From positions 113,090,001 through 113,154,000 of the forward strand of contig NC_045697.1 of NCBI RefSeq assembly GCF_009834535.1: DNA of 64,000 bases. Reading direction: 5' to 3'. The DNA comes from Camelus ferus. Its lineage: Eukaryota. The notes under the pieces were generated by a model. The model was given only the letters and a program-made list of their open reading frames with translations. It was not told the origin of the DNA and did not search any database. Numbering within the stretch: the first letter of the stretch is position 1; every line of letters begins with the position of its first letter. Shown here piece after piece: positions 39,587 through 52,510 of the stretch. Both the position numbers and the translations under genes were made by a program.

Positions 39587-40304
39587 AAAAAAACAACTCT
39601 ACTTATTTATTTTTCTTGAACCCTTGTCATAACTGTGACCCTTTAAACCTCCTCCTTCATTACAATTTTTCATTGCAATTTTTTTTTTTAGAACTAATTT
39701 TGTGAAATCTCCAATAAGTAGAAAAAAAAAAGGAGAGAAGGATTTCTTCCAGTTCAGTGTTTTTCAAGGTAGCTATGTGACTTCAGTCCTTTAGGAGGCC
39801 ATGATGTTCTTTCCCATGTGCAAGTGGATATTTTGGTCACTTCACAGGCTTTTAAGCCATTAGTACATTAGGGCAGTTCAATTTCTCATGACTCATATTC
39901 ACAATTACTGTGAATATCTTTAACCCTGTCTCCTACACAGTAAGTTTCCCAGGGCAAAGTCTTCTTGCTGGAATCTGATATGGTTACATTTAAATATTCC
40001 ATAACACTACCTTCGTGGACAGATATCATTGCACCTGTACCCTTTTAAGACCCATCTTAATTATAACCTTAAAATAAAGGTAGTATAGAGAAGCACACAG
40101 AAAAATTATCTGTACAATAATGCCTTAGGTCTATAAAGCATTTTCCTGATGAACAAATCATTTTTACCTACATTCAGAAGAACACTATCAGCTAGACCCA
40201 AACCTGTTTAGAGAGATGATAAAAGAATGAACAATGTCTAGTAGCTAGCTAATAAGTGTCAGCAGTGAGACTGGATTCCAGACCTTTCAAATTAATTAAT
40301 TAAT

Positions 40305-40588
40305 TAATTTATTATTTTAAAAAAATTTGTTGAAGTGTAGTTGACTTGCAATGTTAGTTTCAAGTATACAGCAAAGTGATTCAGTTATACATATACATAA
40401 ATATATATATTTCCTTTTCAGGTTATTTTTCCATTATATGTTATTACAATGAATTGAATATAGTTCCCTGTGCGCTATAGTAGGTCCTTGTTGTTTATCT
40501 CTTTTATATACAGTAATGTGTATCTGTTAATCCCCAACCCCTAGTTTATCCCTCCCTACCCTTGCTGCTTTGGGAACCATAGTTTGCG
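40305..40588 (-). mobile_element. Artiodactyl-type L1 3' tail
   Basis: TTGAAGTGTAGTTGACTTGCAATGTTAG...GAATATAGTTCCCTGTG; flanks TTAATT(A/C)ATT. Confidence 0.85.
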
Positions 40589-43509
40589 TTAATTCATTCT
40601 TCTTTATATTTTGTGATACAGTGGCCATTATATGGCTAGCCAGAAAAATCCAAGAGATGATATAATTTAGGATACACACTCTATTACATTATGGCAGCCA
40701 CATTTCCCCCCAATGGAGATTCCTTTTCAATTCAAACTTAATCAGACAATTATTCTTTATGCCAAACTGTGACATAACAGAAGGGAAAATACAGTGTTTT
40801 CTCATGGCAGCAGCACAGAAAGGACAGAGAACACTGGGGCATCTGCCAAAGGACAGAAAGCACTCAGAAGAGGAAACCAGCCAGGCAGAGCCGCTTGCAA
40901 ATAGAGAGCTCACATGTAAGACCGGCCACGGGTATTTATTCGCAGAGCACAGTAAAGATGCAAGCGTCCCAGACAGTGCAGCAGGTAACGACTGCCCTTA
41001 ACATGAACCTGGAGTAGTTGCGGGAGTAGAAACCAGTCATTTCCTACAGCGACTTAAATAAGCTTTCTCCTAAAAGTAAATGGCATTCAAGCAGGGACAG
41101 GTGTGGGAGAAGAACCATGGGAAACACACACAAGAATCAGCGGGGCTCAGCAACAGAAGAAGAGAAGATAGGTACCAGACAGAATCAGAAGCGATTATCA
41201 TAACCTCATGCAGTTAAGGGTTTTCTCAAATTCCTAGGGAGCTGGATATCAGCGTCTCATCGTCATCGTATGTATTTTGAAGTGATTTCTACATGCGGAC
41301 CAATCACGTATTCTCCATTGAAGAGCGATGTCTGCAGAGGATGCCCTCTCCCTTTGGTGCTGCGTGTGCAGGCTGTCGCCTCGAGGGGGCGCCACTCACA
41401 CAGACTGTGCTGAGCCTCAGTTGTGAGTGCACTTGCTTCACTGCTGCTCTTGTACATGCAAGACTTACCTCTATCCTCAGCTCATACTCGCTTTACATGT
41501 GTGTGCTGCGTGGACCATTTTATCCTTGTTCCAGCCCAGTTTTCTCACTTCCGCTACTTGATATAATATCGTCTCCCACCTCAGCCAAGCTCCCCTATCT
41601 TATGCAATTCTATTGCCTTCAAAGCACTGCCCGCTACCTGAAATTATCCTGTTCATGCATTTATGGTTATTTTCATTTTCCTACTCCATGGGTGCACCCT
41701 TCATCTACACACTTCATTTGCACACTTATTCTATGAATAAGCCACGATTATGGAAAAGTGTTTGGTATTTACTAGTCCTCAATAAACATATGTTGGATAA
41801 AATAAATAAATACAATATTCCCATAATGTTCCAAAAATTAAATGAGATAATGAAAGAAATCTATCATTCAGCCAGTGTCAGGAACTAAATAAGCAATTGT
41901 TTATTTATTTATTCATTTATCTATCTATGTCAGTATTTAAAAAAATCTATTTATTTATTTCTATGTTTCAATATTCTAACTGCTTCTTTACCTACAGGCT
42001 CAACTTCTGTACCCGCTTTGGCTTCATTAAGCTTGCCTGGAAAAATTCCAGCACTGGTCAAATCCAGTTTTCCCCGCACCGCCTGCTGCACCCACATGTC
42101 TGAGCACTGCTGGAGAGAGAATCACCCCTCAGTGCTGCTTGGTCTTTCTTTGAATTCATGACTTAGACTCAAGACAGGCCCTGGACCTGCCCAGCAATCC
42201 AAGCATATTTCCTGGTTTATTTTCTCTCTCTCCCACTTTTCCTAAATTGTTTTTAAATTTCTTCTTCTCTCTCCTGAAACCACCACCACCTCTCCCCTCT
42301 TCTGCCTCTCCGTCAAAAACCTTATTCTGTTAAGAAAAATCATTCCATCATCACGCCAATTTGCTGTGATTTCTCTCCCCTGTGAAAACAAACCTTCCGA
42401 TTCCATATACTTCTTCAGTCACACCTGGTTCCTCACCATCCTTCAGACCAAAGCTTCTTACTAAGAGCATTTACACTGGCTGTCCCAATTCTTCCCTTAG
42501 AATTAACTGAGCGGTGCAGGGGTTAGTTATGCTGCTGGCCTCTGAGGTCTTGGAAAAGTCCCGCAGCCATCAGTGCTGATGACTGTCGCTTGTTTCAGCA
42601 TGCTAGCTGACCTTCTGCGGACGCTGTCCTAAGGCAGCAAGGGCAGAATGGAAGACGCGCCACTGCACAGAACATTCTACCAACACCCATTGTACAGGGA
42701 AAACATTGACAGCAAATATAATCCTTAGCCACGCCCACAGTGTAGCCCATCGGTGTCTCTAACAATAGGCTTTAGCCACTTTTCTAAAATAGTCTAGAAT
42801 GTCAAATCTTCATTTTCTTTATTTTAGGAGGTAAAGGAGAAGTCAGTCAGTTATTCCTATAGCTGTAATGAAGAGCATCCCATTAGGATTTCTGTTCTAT
42901 CTATCAGGATTGCTGACATTTTAGTGTTTTCTACAAAGAATAACCTGTTCTGTATCTTTCCATTGAGACAAATACAACAGCAGCAAACAGTCTACCAGAA
43001 TAACTAATATTTGAACTTTTGTCTCAAAGGGAATGTCATTTTCCTTTATTGTTTGTGGGTTAGGGGACCTAAAGCTAGAACTGATTTTGGACTGAAGACT
43101 TGTTGGTGAGTGTTTTGTAACTCGGAGCTAGCTGCCCCAGATCTTCAGGGCTCAGGGTCTTCATTTACCATTTCTCTTCAACCGGAAAATGGAGGAATGA
43201 AAGTACAAAGAAATCAGACAAGCCAAACTAAAAGCAGGATAAAGGCTTGGAAAATTCCAGGGGAGCATGACAGAGGATGAGGCAATGAGCGGAAGTGATT
43301 GAGCAGCAGAAAAGCCACTGAGGACAAATACACATGTGGCCTCAAAGGGCAAGTAAATATTCGATAACAATCAGTTATGAGACATCTTTGAGGGAAAATT
43401 CCTGCTCCTTTCTTCTCCATCTCTGTATCTGAAGACTGTCCCTCTTTCTGATTATGTTGTTTTATTTCTTTAGACTTAATGATTTAACATCTTATTCTCA
43501 ATGTTCTAT

Positions 43510-43790
43510 TATATTATATAATAGAATTATATAATAAATTTTATATTATATGAATTACATGTTTATATAACATAAATTATATTATGTAATATAAATTATA
43601 TACCTATATATAAATTATACAGTTAATTAAAATTATATAATTTATATAATATATTTATATCTAATATATATAAAATAAATAAAATTTATATTTTATATAA
43701 ATTGTATATAATTATATAATTTGAATTATATAAATAATATAATAAATCATGATACATTATATAATACAATAGATACATATGTGTATATAT
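43510..43790. repeat. AT-rich low-complexity (TA-like) tract
   Basis: Almost entirely A/T with degenerate ATTATAT units. Confidence 0.9.
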
Positions 43791-43809
43791 ACATACATGT
43801 ATCTCCCCT

Positions 43810-44670
43810 TTAAATAGACTTTACATTAGATTTTCGGCAAAACTAAGCAGCAGGTTCCGGGATTTCCCATGTGCCCCTTGGGCCCTACCACACACAGCTC
43901 CCCCACCCCATTATCAGCACCCCACACCAGAGTGGTACCTTTGTTATAACTGAGCACCCTTCACTGACATTTCATTATCACCCAAAGTTCATAGCTTACA
44001 TTAAGGCTCAGCCTTGGTGTTGTGTATTCTATGGGTTTTGACAAATGTATAAAGATGTATATCCATTATGATAGTATCATACAGAATAGTTTCACTGCCC
44101 TGAATGTCCTCTGTGCTCTGTCTCTCCCACCCCTGGCAACCACTGATCTTTTTACTGTCTCCACATCTTACCTTTTTCAGAATCTCCTATAGCTGGAACC
44201 AATACACACAGTACTGAGTCTTTTCAGATTGGCCTCTTTCGCTTAGTGATGTGCATTTAAGGTTCCTCCATACCTTTTCATGACTTGGTAGCTCATTTGC
44301 TTTAATGTGAAGTGAGATTTCATTGTCTGGATTAAGCACAGTGTACTTATCCATTTACTGGCTGAAGGACGTCTTGGTTACTTTCAAATTTTGGCAGTTA
44401 TGGAGTAAAGCTGCTAGAAACATCTACGTGCACGTGGACAGAAGTTTTCAGCTCATTTGATTAATACTGAGGACTGTGATCATCAGGTCATTTGTAAGAA
44501 TACGCTTAGTTTTGTAAGAACCTGCCAAACTACTCCAGAGTGGCTGTACCCTTATGCAGCCCCGCCAGCAGTAAGTGCGAGTTTCTGTTGCTCTACACGA
44601 CTGCCGGCATTTGTTGTTGTTACTCCTCAGGGTTTTAGCCGTGCTAATAAGTGTGTGTGGTTCCCTCGAT
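43810..44670 (-). mobile_element. L1MC1-like 3' end
   Basis: CCAGAGTGGTACCTTTGTTATAAC...CATTATCACCCAAAGTTCATAG...ACAGAATAGTTTCACTGCCC. Confidence 0.85.
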
Positions 44671-45698
44671 ATAGTTGTGTGATTTAATCCACCGGTATTC
44701 CGCAGTTACCTCTTGGGAGCAGAAAAATGGTTAACTGCTCAGGTTTGGTCTCTCTTGCACTCTTTTTGTCCTTCTCTAGTTGGGCCTTCTATCCCTCCAG
44801 ATAAAACTCTCACAGCCCACTAAATAAATGAATGAATAAATAAATAAGTAAGTAAATGGAAGCCTACTCTGATCCTAGCATCCGGCCCAGGATGTAACAG
44901 GTATCTTCCGTAGTTAAGGATGCCGCGGACCCCACGCACGTGTACTCTGATTAGATTTAGCAACGTCTCTAAAGCGGCTTCATATGTCAAATTTTCTCTT
45001 TTATTTCTTGCGAAAAAAGGTGAAATAGACTTAAAGGTCTCTCATAATAATTGCTTCCCCTTTTAAACAAAGAGTAGCAGTTTGTTGGTGCTGAAATTCT
45101 TTTTACGTGTAAGTGCCTCTGAGAGAGGTAAGTTGTGTTATCAGCTAATTTAAAAACAGCAACTTATTACTTACATAATGCCTGCTTAGTCGGGAAAAAT
45201 AAAGACTGGCACATAATATACGTATGTATAAATACATATTGCTTAAGATGTATATTCTAATCTAAGCAAATAGTTGACCATTTTTGGCCTTGGATACATA
45301 CTCTTCCAGTTATCATTGCTTTGCTTTGCATTTATATGCAGATTTTTTTTTTTATTACTCCCAAAAGAGTCGTACTCTGTTTTGGTGGCTTGCTCTGTTC
45401 ACGCAATGCTGGAAGAAAATCTCACCATTAACAATATTCTTTTATTGTCTACATACTTCTCCACTGTCTTGATATACCATGATTAATTTTTCAGTTGTTG
45501 TAAAAACACTTAACATGAGTTCTACTCTCTTAAAATTTTTTTCAATATACAATACAGTATTAACTAGAGGCACACCACTGTGCAGCGATCCCTAGAACCT
45601 ACCCATCTTGTGTAAATTAAACTTCACACCTGATGAATAGTAACTCCTCATTTTTCCCTCCCCCAGCCCCTAACAAGCACCATTTTATTCTCTTCTTC

Positions 45699-45700
45699 TT

Positions 45701-45753
<53 letters not shown>

Positions 45754-45882
45754 TTGCAGGAGGATGTAGTTAGGTTCATGTATGTATGTATTTGTTTATT
45801 TATGTAATGGAGGTACCGGGGAGTGGACCCTGGACCCCTTGCATGCTAGGCACACATTCTACCCCTGAGCTATGCCCTCCCC
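45699..45882 (-). mobile_element. tRNA-Ala-derived SINE with (TA)n/poly-A tail, inserted in L1
   Basis: SINE head at ~45810-45882; near-TSD CATTTTATTCTC/CATTTTACTATC. Confidence 0.85.
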
Positions 45883-46949
45883 TCATTTTACTATCCTCTT
45901 AAATGAGTTTGACTATTTTAGACACCTCAGATAACCAGGGACACCACTCACTTAGCATAATGTCCTCAGCATCTACCCTTGTTGTCACATACGGCAGAAC
46001 TGCCTTCTGTACGTCCCACATCTGCTTTGTCTGTTCATCTGACAGTGGACTTGTAGGTTTCCCTCACATCCTGAACCCCGTGAATAATACTACCATGAAC
46101 GCAGGAGTGCAAATATCTCTTCAGGGTCCTGATTTCAATACTTTTGGCTAAATACTCAAAAGCAGGATTACTGGATCATATGGTAGTTCTATTTTTAATT
46201 TGGGGGGAATTCTTCCGAGCAGCAGCAGTTTACATTCCCTTCAAAAGTGTACAAGGGTTATAATTTTGTCTAATGTTTGTTATCTTTTGTATTTTGTTTT
46301 GTTTTGTTTTGGTTTGATAACAACTAACCTAACAGTGTTATCTCATTGTAGTTTTGATACACATTTCCCTGATGATTAGCGATATTGAACATCTTTCGAT
46401 ATGGTCAAGGAAGACCAATTGTATGTCTTCTTTGGAGAAATGTCTATTCAAGTCCTTTGCCAACGTTTAAATCAGATGATTTGTCTTTTTTGCTGTTGAG
46501 TTGTATGAGCTCTTTATATATTTTGGATATTTTGGATATTAACCTTTTATCAGACACACAGTTTGCATGTATGTTTTCCCATTCTTCACTCTTTCGATTG
46601 TTTTCTTTCTGAGCAAAAGCTTTGTAGTTTGATGTGGTCCCACTTGTCTATTTTTCCTTTTATTGCCTGTGCTTTTGGTGTCATATACAAGAAATCATCA
46701 CCAAGACCAATGTCACGACGCCTCCTCCAGTCTTCGTGGCCTGGTCCCATACAGGATAAGACCGTCACCCGTCAGTCTGGCAAGAGACTCAGGATGCCTT
46801 TCAAACTATCTCTGTGTGTGTAGCTTCTCTGGACTTGGGTATAAGTTCCCAAGTTGAGGGATTTACTGGTTTCTTTTTTTTTTTTTCCTCCTGAAAGTTT
46901 GTAATCTCTTGCTTCCTCATGTGATGTGGGTTCTCTGGGGAAGCAGTAC

Positions 46950-47850
46950 TCTCTCAGCTCTTTCTTTGTTCTCAGTGGCCCCCAGACATCTAGAATATTC
47001 TGGGTCCCCTCCATGATCTGAAATGGCAGAGACTGAAGCCAGGGCCTTGGGTGGTCACCTGAGAAGTCTGAACACTGGGTATGCATTTCAGTCTTTTCTT
47101 TTCCTCCCCAGAGAAAAGCCAAGGGCTTGGAGTCTTGCTGGGGTGGAACTCTTGTAGGGGATTGTGTATGAGTTTTGTTCTCAGAGAACCCCGGGCATCC
47201 AGAGTGTGCCCCGTACCATCAGCACTCCAATACAGGAGAGACAGAAGCCAGTCCCTGGGGCAGCCACTGGAAAAGATGGAATATTGAACCCTTGCTCCAA
47301 ATCTTTCCTTCCCCAAGAAGAAGCTGGGATCAGGGGCTTTTTGGCACCTTGCTCTGTGCTGAACCAGGGAGAGGGGCTATGGGGAATGCTTGTCTGTTGG
47401 TGCAAACTGTCATCTTTGTTTTCAGTGGCTCTCAGGCGTCTAGAGTATCCTGAGTCCTAGCAGTGCTCTGAGACAGGCAAGACAGATGCCAGTCCCTGGG
47501 GCAGCCCTTGGAAAGGGAACCTTGATGTGTAGCCTAACTCTTTCTGCCCCGAGGGTGGAGCTGGGATTTGGGGTTTATCACCAGCTCACTCTGCACTGAG
47601 CTGCAGAGGGGAGCTCTGGTGATTGCTCTCATGCTAGTCCAAATCACCATCTTTGCTCTCAGTGGCTGCCAACCAGAGAGCGCCCTGGAGTTCCTTTCAA
47701 TGCTCAGATTCAAGCAAGACAGAAACCAGTTCCCTTGGCAGCCCCCTGGAAGATCCAAATGTTGGATGCGCTTTCTAGTGCTTTCCTTCCCTCCCCAGAG
47801 AGAAGCTGGGACCTGGGGGGTTCTTCCCCATCCTATGACTCTGTGGCAAG
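46950..47850 (-). repeat. Four ~210-240 bp degenerate tandem monomers within the L1 5'UTR
   Basis: AGAC(A/T)GAAGCCAG..CC.TGG motif at ~47028, 47237, 47478 and 47715, and TTTG(T/C)T(C/T)TCAG motif at ~46963, 47172, 47412 and 47650. Confidence 0.85.
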
Positions 47851-50800
47851 GGGAGGGACAATGGTGACAGTGTGTCTCAGATTTCCCTACCAGCTCTGAT
47901 GTGGCTGGTTTCTTGCTCCCTTAGGGTACAAGAGCCTCTCAGCTGGCTTCCACATTTTTCAGGGAACTGGTACATGTACTGTTTTTGAATCAGTGTTTCT
48001 GTTGAAGGGGGAAGGAGAGATCGAGGCTTTCCATTCTGCCATCTCTCTGATATCATCTCCTCTCCAAAATTCATTTTAACAATCCCCTATTAATGGACAT
48101 TTTGATCATTTGCATTTTTAAATTATATACAACTTTCACTGTATATCTTAGTATTAGTTTCGTGTGTAGTCTTAATTATTTCCTTACCAGAATTTCCTGG
48201 AAGACATGTTCTGGATTAAAAAATACATAAATATTAAAACAGATTTTGAAATGTATTTCCAAATTATGTTTCTGAAAGACTGCATGGATGTATGGACCTT
48301 TGAGGAACAAGAGTTGGTACAGCATATGTAACCCATTGCTTGCTACCTGTTAGGATTCCTAGGATCAGACCCAGGAAAGACACCAGCAGAAAAGACAGCT
48401 GGGTTGGAGGGATGGTGGGCAGTGAGTCCTAAGCCATCCATTGATAGGATAAGTAATTGGTCTTGAGATTGTAAAGGACACAGGCCATGCATACTGTTTA
48501 GGAATTCATTGTGTTCTTAAATTCTTGTGAAAGTCTTTTTCTGCTAACATTCCTACCTTGTAGCATCATAATAATCAAAACATTATTATCCTGGAAGCAA
48601 GGACATGAGCACTCACTCTTCCGTTTTACTCTTAATAAGCCACACTAAGAGCATCCTTCTTTCTAATCTAGTCCATCTGTGCTGAACCTACTCGGATAAG
48701 ATGGTGGTTAAGGGTCCACTGAGCTTTTGGCCAAATGTAATTTCCTGTTAGAATTCAGTAGAGATTCTGCTCTAACATAATCTTTTCCTTAGTGTGGGGA
48801 AAATTGGACGATTATCACTCTGGGGTGATTTATATAGAGAGCTGGTGCCAGCCAGCTTTGCCATAATACAATAATACGACTGTCACAAGCCCAAAGTTCT
48901 TCTTTCATCCACCTGGAATTTTCTTTTCCTTTTTCTCTTTCTGCCTTGGACCAGGCTGACGTCACACATTCAAGAGAAACGGAAAATATTAATAGGAATG
49001 ATATACAATGCTGAGAAATATTTCTGCCTTTTCATTCATAGCTCTTTTTAGTCTCTCTGATTTTTTGGTTACCCGTTTGGTGCAGGAGTGTGTAAGGATT
49101 TTTGGCTCCAGCTTTGGTCTGGAAAATGCAGAAGAAAGGTCAAGAAAAGCAAGTATTAATCCGTGATTGGAAAACTTTGGCCGACGGCAAAACTCACACA
49201 TCTGGGACACAGCATCACAAATGAAGCCCAGGAGAGAGGAGGACAGGTGTCTGTCTGTTTGTGAGTCTGTCTGGGTGCGGCCACCTTCTGTGGGCTCTTG
49301 TTTCCTTCAGTAAAGAGGCAATGTGCGTACACTGAGATAGTGCCATAGTCCTTCAATCCGTAACGTCTTTTTAGGTCACATCTGTTGTTTTATAATTTCT
49401 CAGCCTGTGCCTATTCATATTCAGCCTGCTATATTTTGACAGTTACTCATTTTTTAAAATAAAAAGATAGCTTATGCTCACCTAGTAGTGACTGGTACTC
49501 TTCTGAGCATAATGAGCACTGGTCTCGCCACTACACACAGTGCTTTTAGGAAACACTTCTAGCATCTTTCTTCAAGACCTGGCATAGTTCGCTTTTCAGC
49601 AGGACAACATGAACAGTTAAAAAAGACATAGCTAGCAATAATAAATCTGCCAGCGGCTGGTTTGGGCTTTATTATGCTTTAGGATACAGCCTTTCCCTCA
49701 AACCAGGTTGCTACGGTGATATGTAACCTCTTTCTTGAAAAACTTCCTTTTAAGCTGAGAAGCCAAACAAGGTGAACTAAAGCCAGCAAGATGGTTTTTA
49801 GGAGAGTGAAAACACAAGAAAAATTTGAGATGACAGATGCAAAGGAAACAAAGAAAATCTAATGGAGCTTAGCGGATGCTCTCTTGTCCCAGATAGACTG
49901 AACAGGAGAGCTTCTAATAAGTGACTGATTTATTTATGTCCTCTTGAACTTCTGAACTAGACTTTTAATTTTCATCTATTCTATATTTAATTGAAATGTT
50001 AGAAATATTACTCATTTGTGGGTATGTGCTTTCAAAAACCCTGTTCAGTTGCCTCAGAAGAAAAAATAATAAAATAATAATAATAATAATAATATAATAG
50101 TAATAAAATAACGTAACAAAAGTGGTGCAATATTTATTTTGAAACATTACATGAAACTCATTGCTGAGAAGTATCAGCTGATAACAATCCAAGGAACTGA
50201 GAAATTTATTTTTATTTTTAAGGAAAACTGCATATTCTCCAAGTTTTTTATAAAAGCAATAGAATTCGATACATCTGTGCTTCTATTTTTCTTAAAGAAA
50301 GAACCATCAATTAAGATGGTTATGTTTATTCTATTAAAAAGAAAAAAAAAAACAATGTCCAAACGAGCATGAAAACGCAGACTTTCAGCCCAAGATTTCC
50401 ACATGGCCATCTGTGCTCGGAAATTAATTGGAGAGAAAATTTCACGATTCTAGCGAAACACAGCATTACGGGTACTTCTTTTTAAAAAGATCAATAAGTA
50501 AATAGTGTACTTATTTATGTGTATGTATTTATTAATGAAAACTATTTAGGAAGTCCTCTCCTGGCACTTCTGTCCTGAGGTAAGGACCAGCCTTCCTGCC
50601 TTGATGACATCATGTTTTTGTTGTCCTGGTCAGTAATCACTAATGGTCCCCTTGACATTTCTGCCCTTCTCTTTAAAGCTTGAAGGACTCCTCAGTCCTG
50701 AACTGATCATCGCAGCAGTGAATTATGAACAATAATTGGAATTACAGAGGGGCAGCTCACATACATCCTCTACTCTAAGAGATGAGCGGAAAAATTTCAG

Positions 50801-51329
50801 ATCCTCTGGACTTAGCTAAAAATCCTCACTTAGGAAGTGACTTTCATGATGAAGAAGTGAGTAGAATTTTAGTAAAACAGATGAATGAATAAGATAAAGG
50901 ATCTGAAGGAAACCAACACAGAAGTACTTCCTGGTTTCACACTCCTGATCATGTCATTCTTTCTCCTTCAAATAAGGATTATTGCTAATATCAGAAGAGT
51001 GTTTTTATTGTTGCTGAATTTTAAATCAAATATAAGTTAGGAGTCCACATGGCTCAGGCTTTGCTCAGTGGGATGCAAAGAGGCACAGTCCAGAAATCCA
51101 AGGGTAAGAAGGAAAAAAACTATCACTTAACCTGAGTGACATAAAGAGGATTAAAGGCGACTGATTCATCACCAACCATATCCTTCTAGCCTCATTTGTT
51201 CATATATAATGTACCCTGGAGCCTTTCAGAACTCAACACCTTGACGTTCATCTAAGCCCACCTGTGGAGTTTTCTGTCCCTCCTTCTCCCTCCCTCTGAG
51301 GTCACTTTAGCCTATTAGACTTCTTTCTT

Positions 51330-51535
51330 TTTTATTGACATATAGCTGATTTACAAGGTTATGTTTGTTTCTGCTGTACATACAGCATAGTGATTCTGTC
51401 ATACATATACAAGCGTATATTTTTTTTTTCAGATTCTTTTTCGGTATAAGTTATTACAAGACATTGAATACAGTTCCCCGTGCTATACAGTTAATACCTC
51501 GTTGTTTATCTTTTTTATATACAGTAGTTTGTGAT
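51330..51535 (-). mobile_element. Artiodactyl-type L1 3' tail
   Basis: TTTATTGACATATAGCTGATTTACAA...TTGAATACAGTTCCCCGTGCTATACAG. Confidence 0.85.
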
Positions 51536-51839
51536 AGTGGACCTACATCTTAATTATCTCTTAGCTTGATTCATTGTACAGGTTCTGCATCACACGCAAA
51601 ACCAGGCAAACACATAACGTCACTTGAGGTGGAGACCGGGGCACACCATGTGAGTGAACAGACACTCTCTGTCTTGAGTGCGGGAGTCTCTAAATTGAAT
51701 CAACATACATCATTTACCTTCAGTTGTCTATAAGTGGTTACTTTTGGGTGGTAAATATAGTACAATATTTCAGTAGTGCTTTGCTGTGATGCAGATTTGG
51801 ATATTATGGGATTGTCATCTGGTGCACATAATTCTATTC

Positions 51840-52300
51840 CTAAGTACAACCAAATTGTGTACAACATATTCATCAGAAACAGGTGCAAAGATGTTCACAG
51901 CAGTTCTGTTTAGAATAGCTAAAACTGGAAACTATCCAAATATCTATCAGTTCCAGAATGAAAAAGTAAACTGCTCTATATTCATCCAATGGGATCCAAA
52001 GCATTGAAAATAAACATGCAGTGAAATGAATGAATCTCACATACATAATGTGAACCCAAAAGTAGACACAGAAGCGTAAACTCTGATTTCATTCATATAA
52101 AGTTCAAAAGTTGGGAAACGAAATCTATAGTAATAGGAGTCAGTATAGTGATTACCTTAGAGGAGAAGGCAGGTGTGATAACCAGGACGAGGTGAGCTTC
52201 TGGGTGCCAGAAGGTTATTCTAGGTTGATCCAAGTGGTGATTCCATGGATGTGTTCCTTTTGGGAAAAGTAATTGAACTGTACACCCATGATATACATGT
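51840..52300 (+). mobile_element. L1ME-like 3' fragment
   Basis: GATGTTCACAGCAGTTCTGTTTAGAATAGCTAAAACTGGAAACTATCCAAATATC. Confidence 0.75.
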
Positions 52301-52369
52301 GAATGTTGGACTTCAGCAACAAATAAGTCCATTTAAACAAAGAAAATCAGGAGTCAAGCATTTTAGAGC

Positions 52370-52510
52370 ATATATATATATATATGTATTTATTTTATAT
52401 TTTAGAGCACATATATATATATATTTCAATCACTTTACTGTACATCAGAAACTAAACATTGTAAATCAACTCTACTTCAATAAAAAAATAAAAAATAAAA
52501 TTTAAAAAGA
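52370..52510 (+). mobile_element. Short L1 3' tail
   Basis: AATCACTTTACTGTACATCAGAAACTAAACATTGTAAATCAACTCTACTTCAATAAAAAA. Confidence 0.75.

Larger units (their letters stand above)
45485..48066 (-). mobile_element. Internally deleted L1 with both ends: 5'UTR (48066-46721) joined to the ORF2 end/3'UTR (46720-45485)
   Basis: L1 5' start GGAGAGGAGATGATATCAGAGAGATGGCAGAATGG on the minus strand; ORF2 text [30 protein letters not shown]; splits an older L1ME-like element. Confidence 0.85.

Noticed and set aside
41293..41736. 147-aa Cys-rich ORF
   Set aside because: No recognisable domain or splice structure, and the 3' half runs into L2-like sequence.
46950..47850. Spaced repeats resembling a CRISPR array or coding repeat, with many overlapping ORFs
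   Set aside because: Units are ~230 bp and degenerate along their whole length, inside a eukaryotic L1 5'UTR; no cas genes are present.
50742..50758. CTCF-like ACAGAGGGGGCAGC
   Set aside because: The 5' half of the core (CCASY) is missing.
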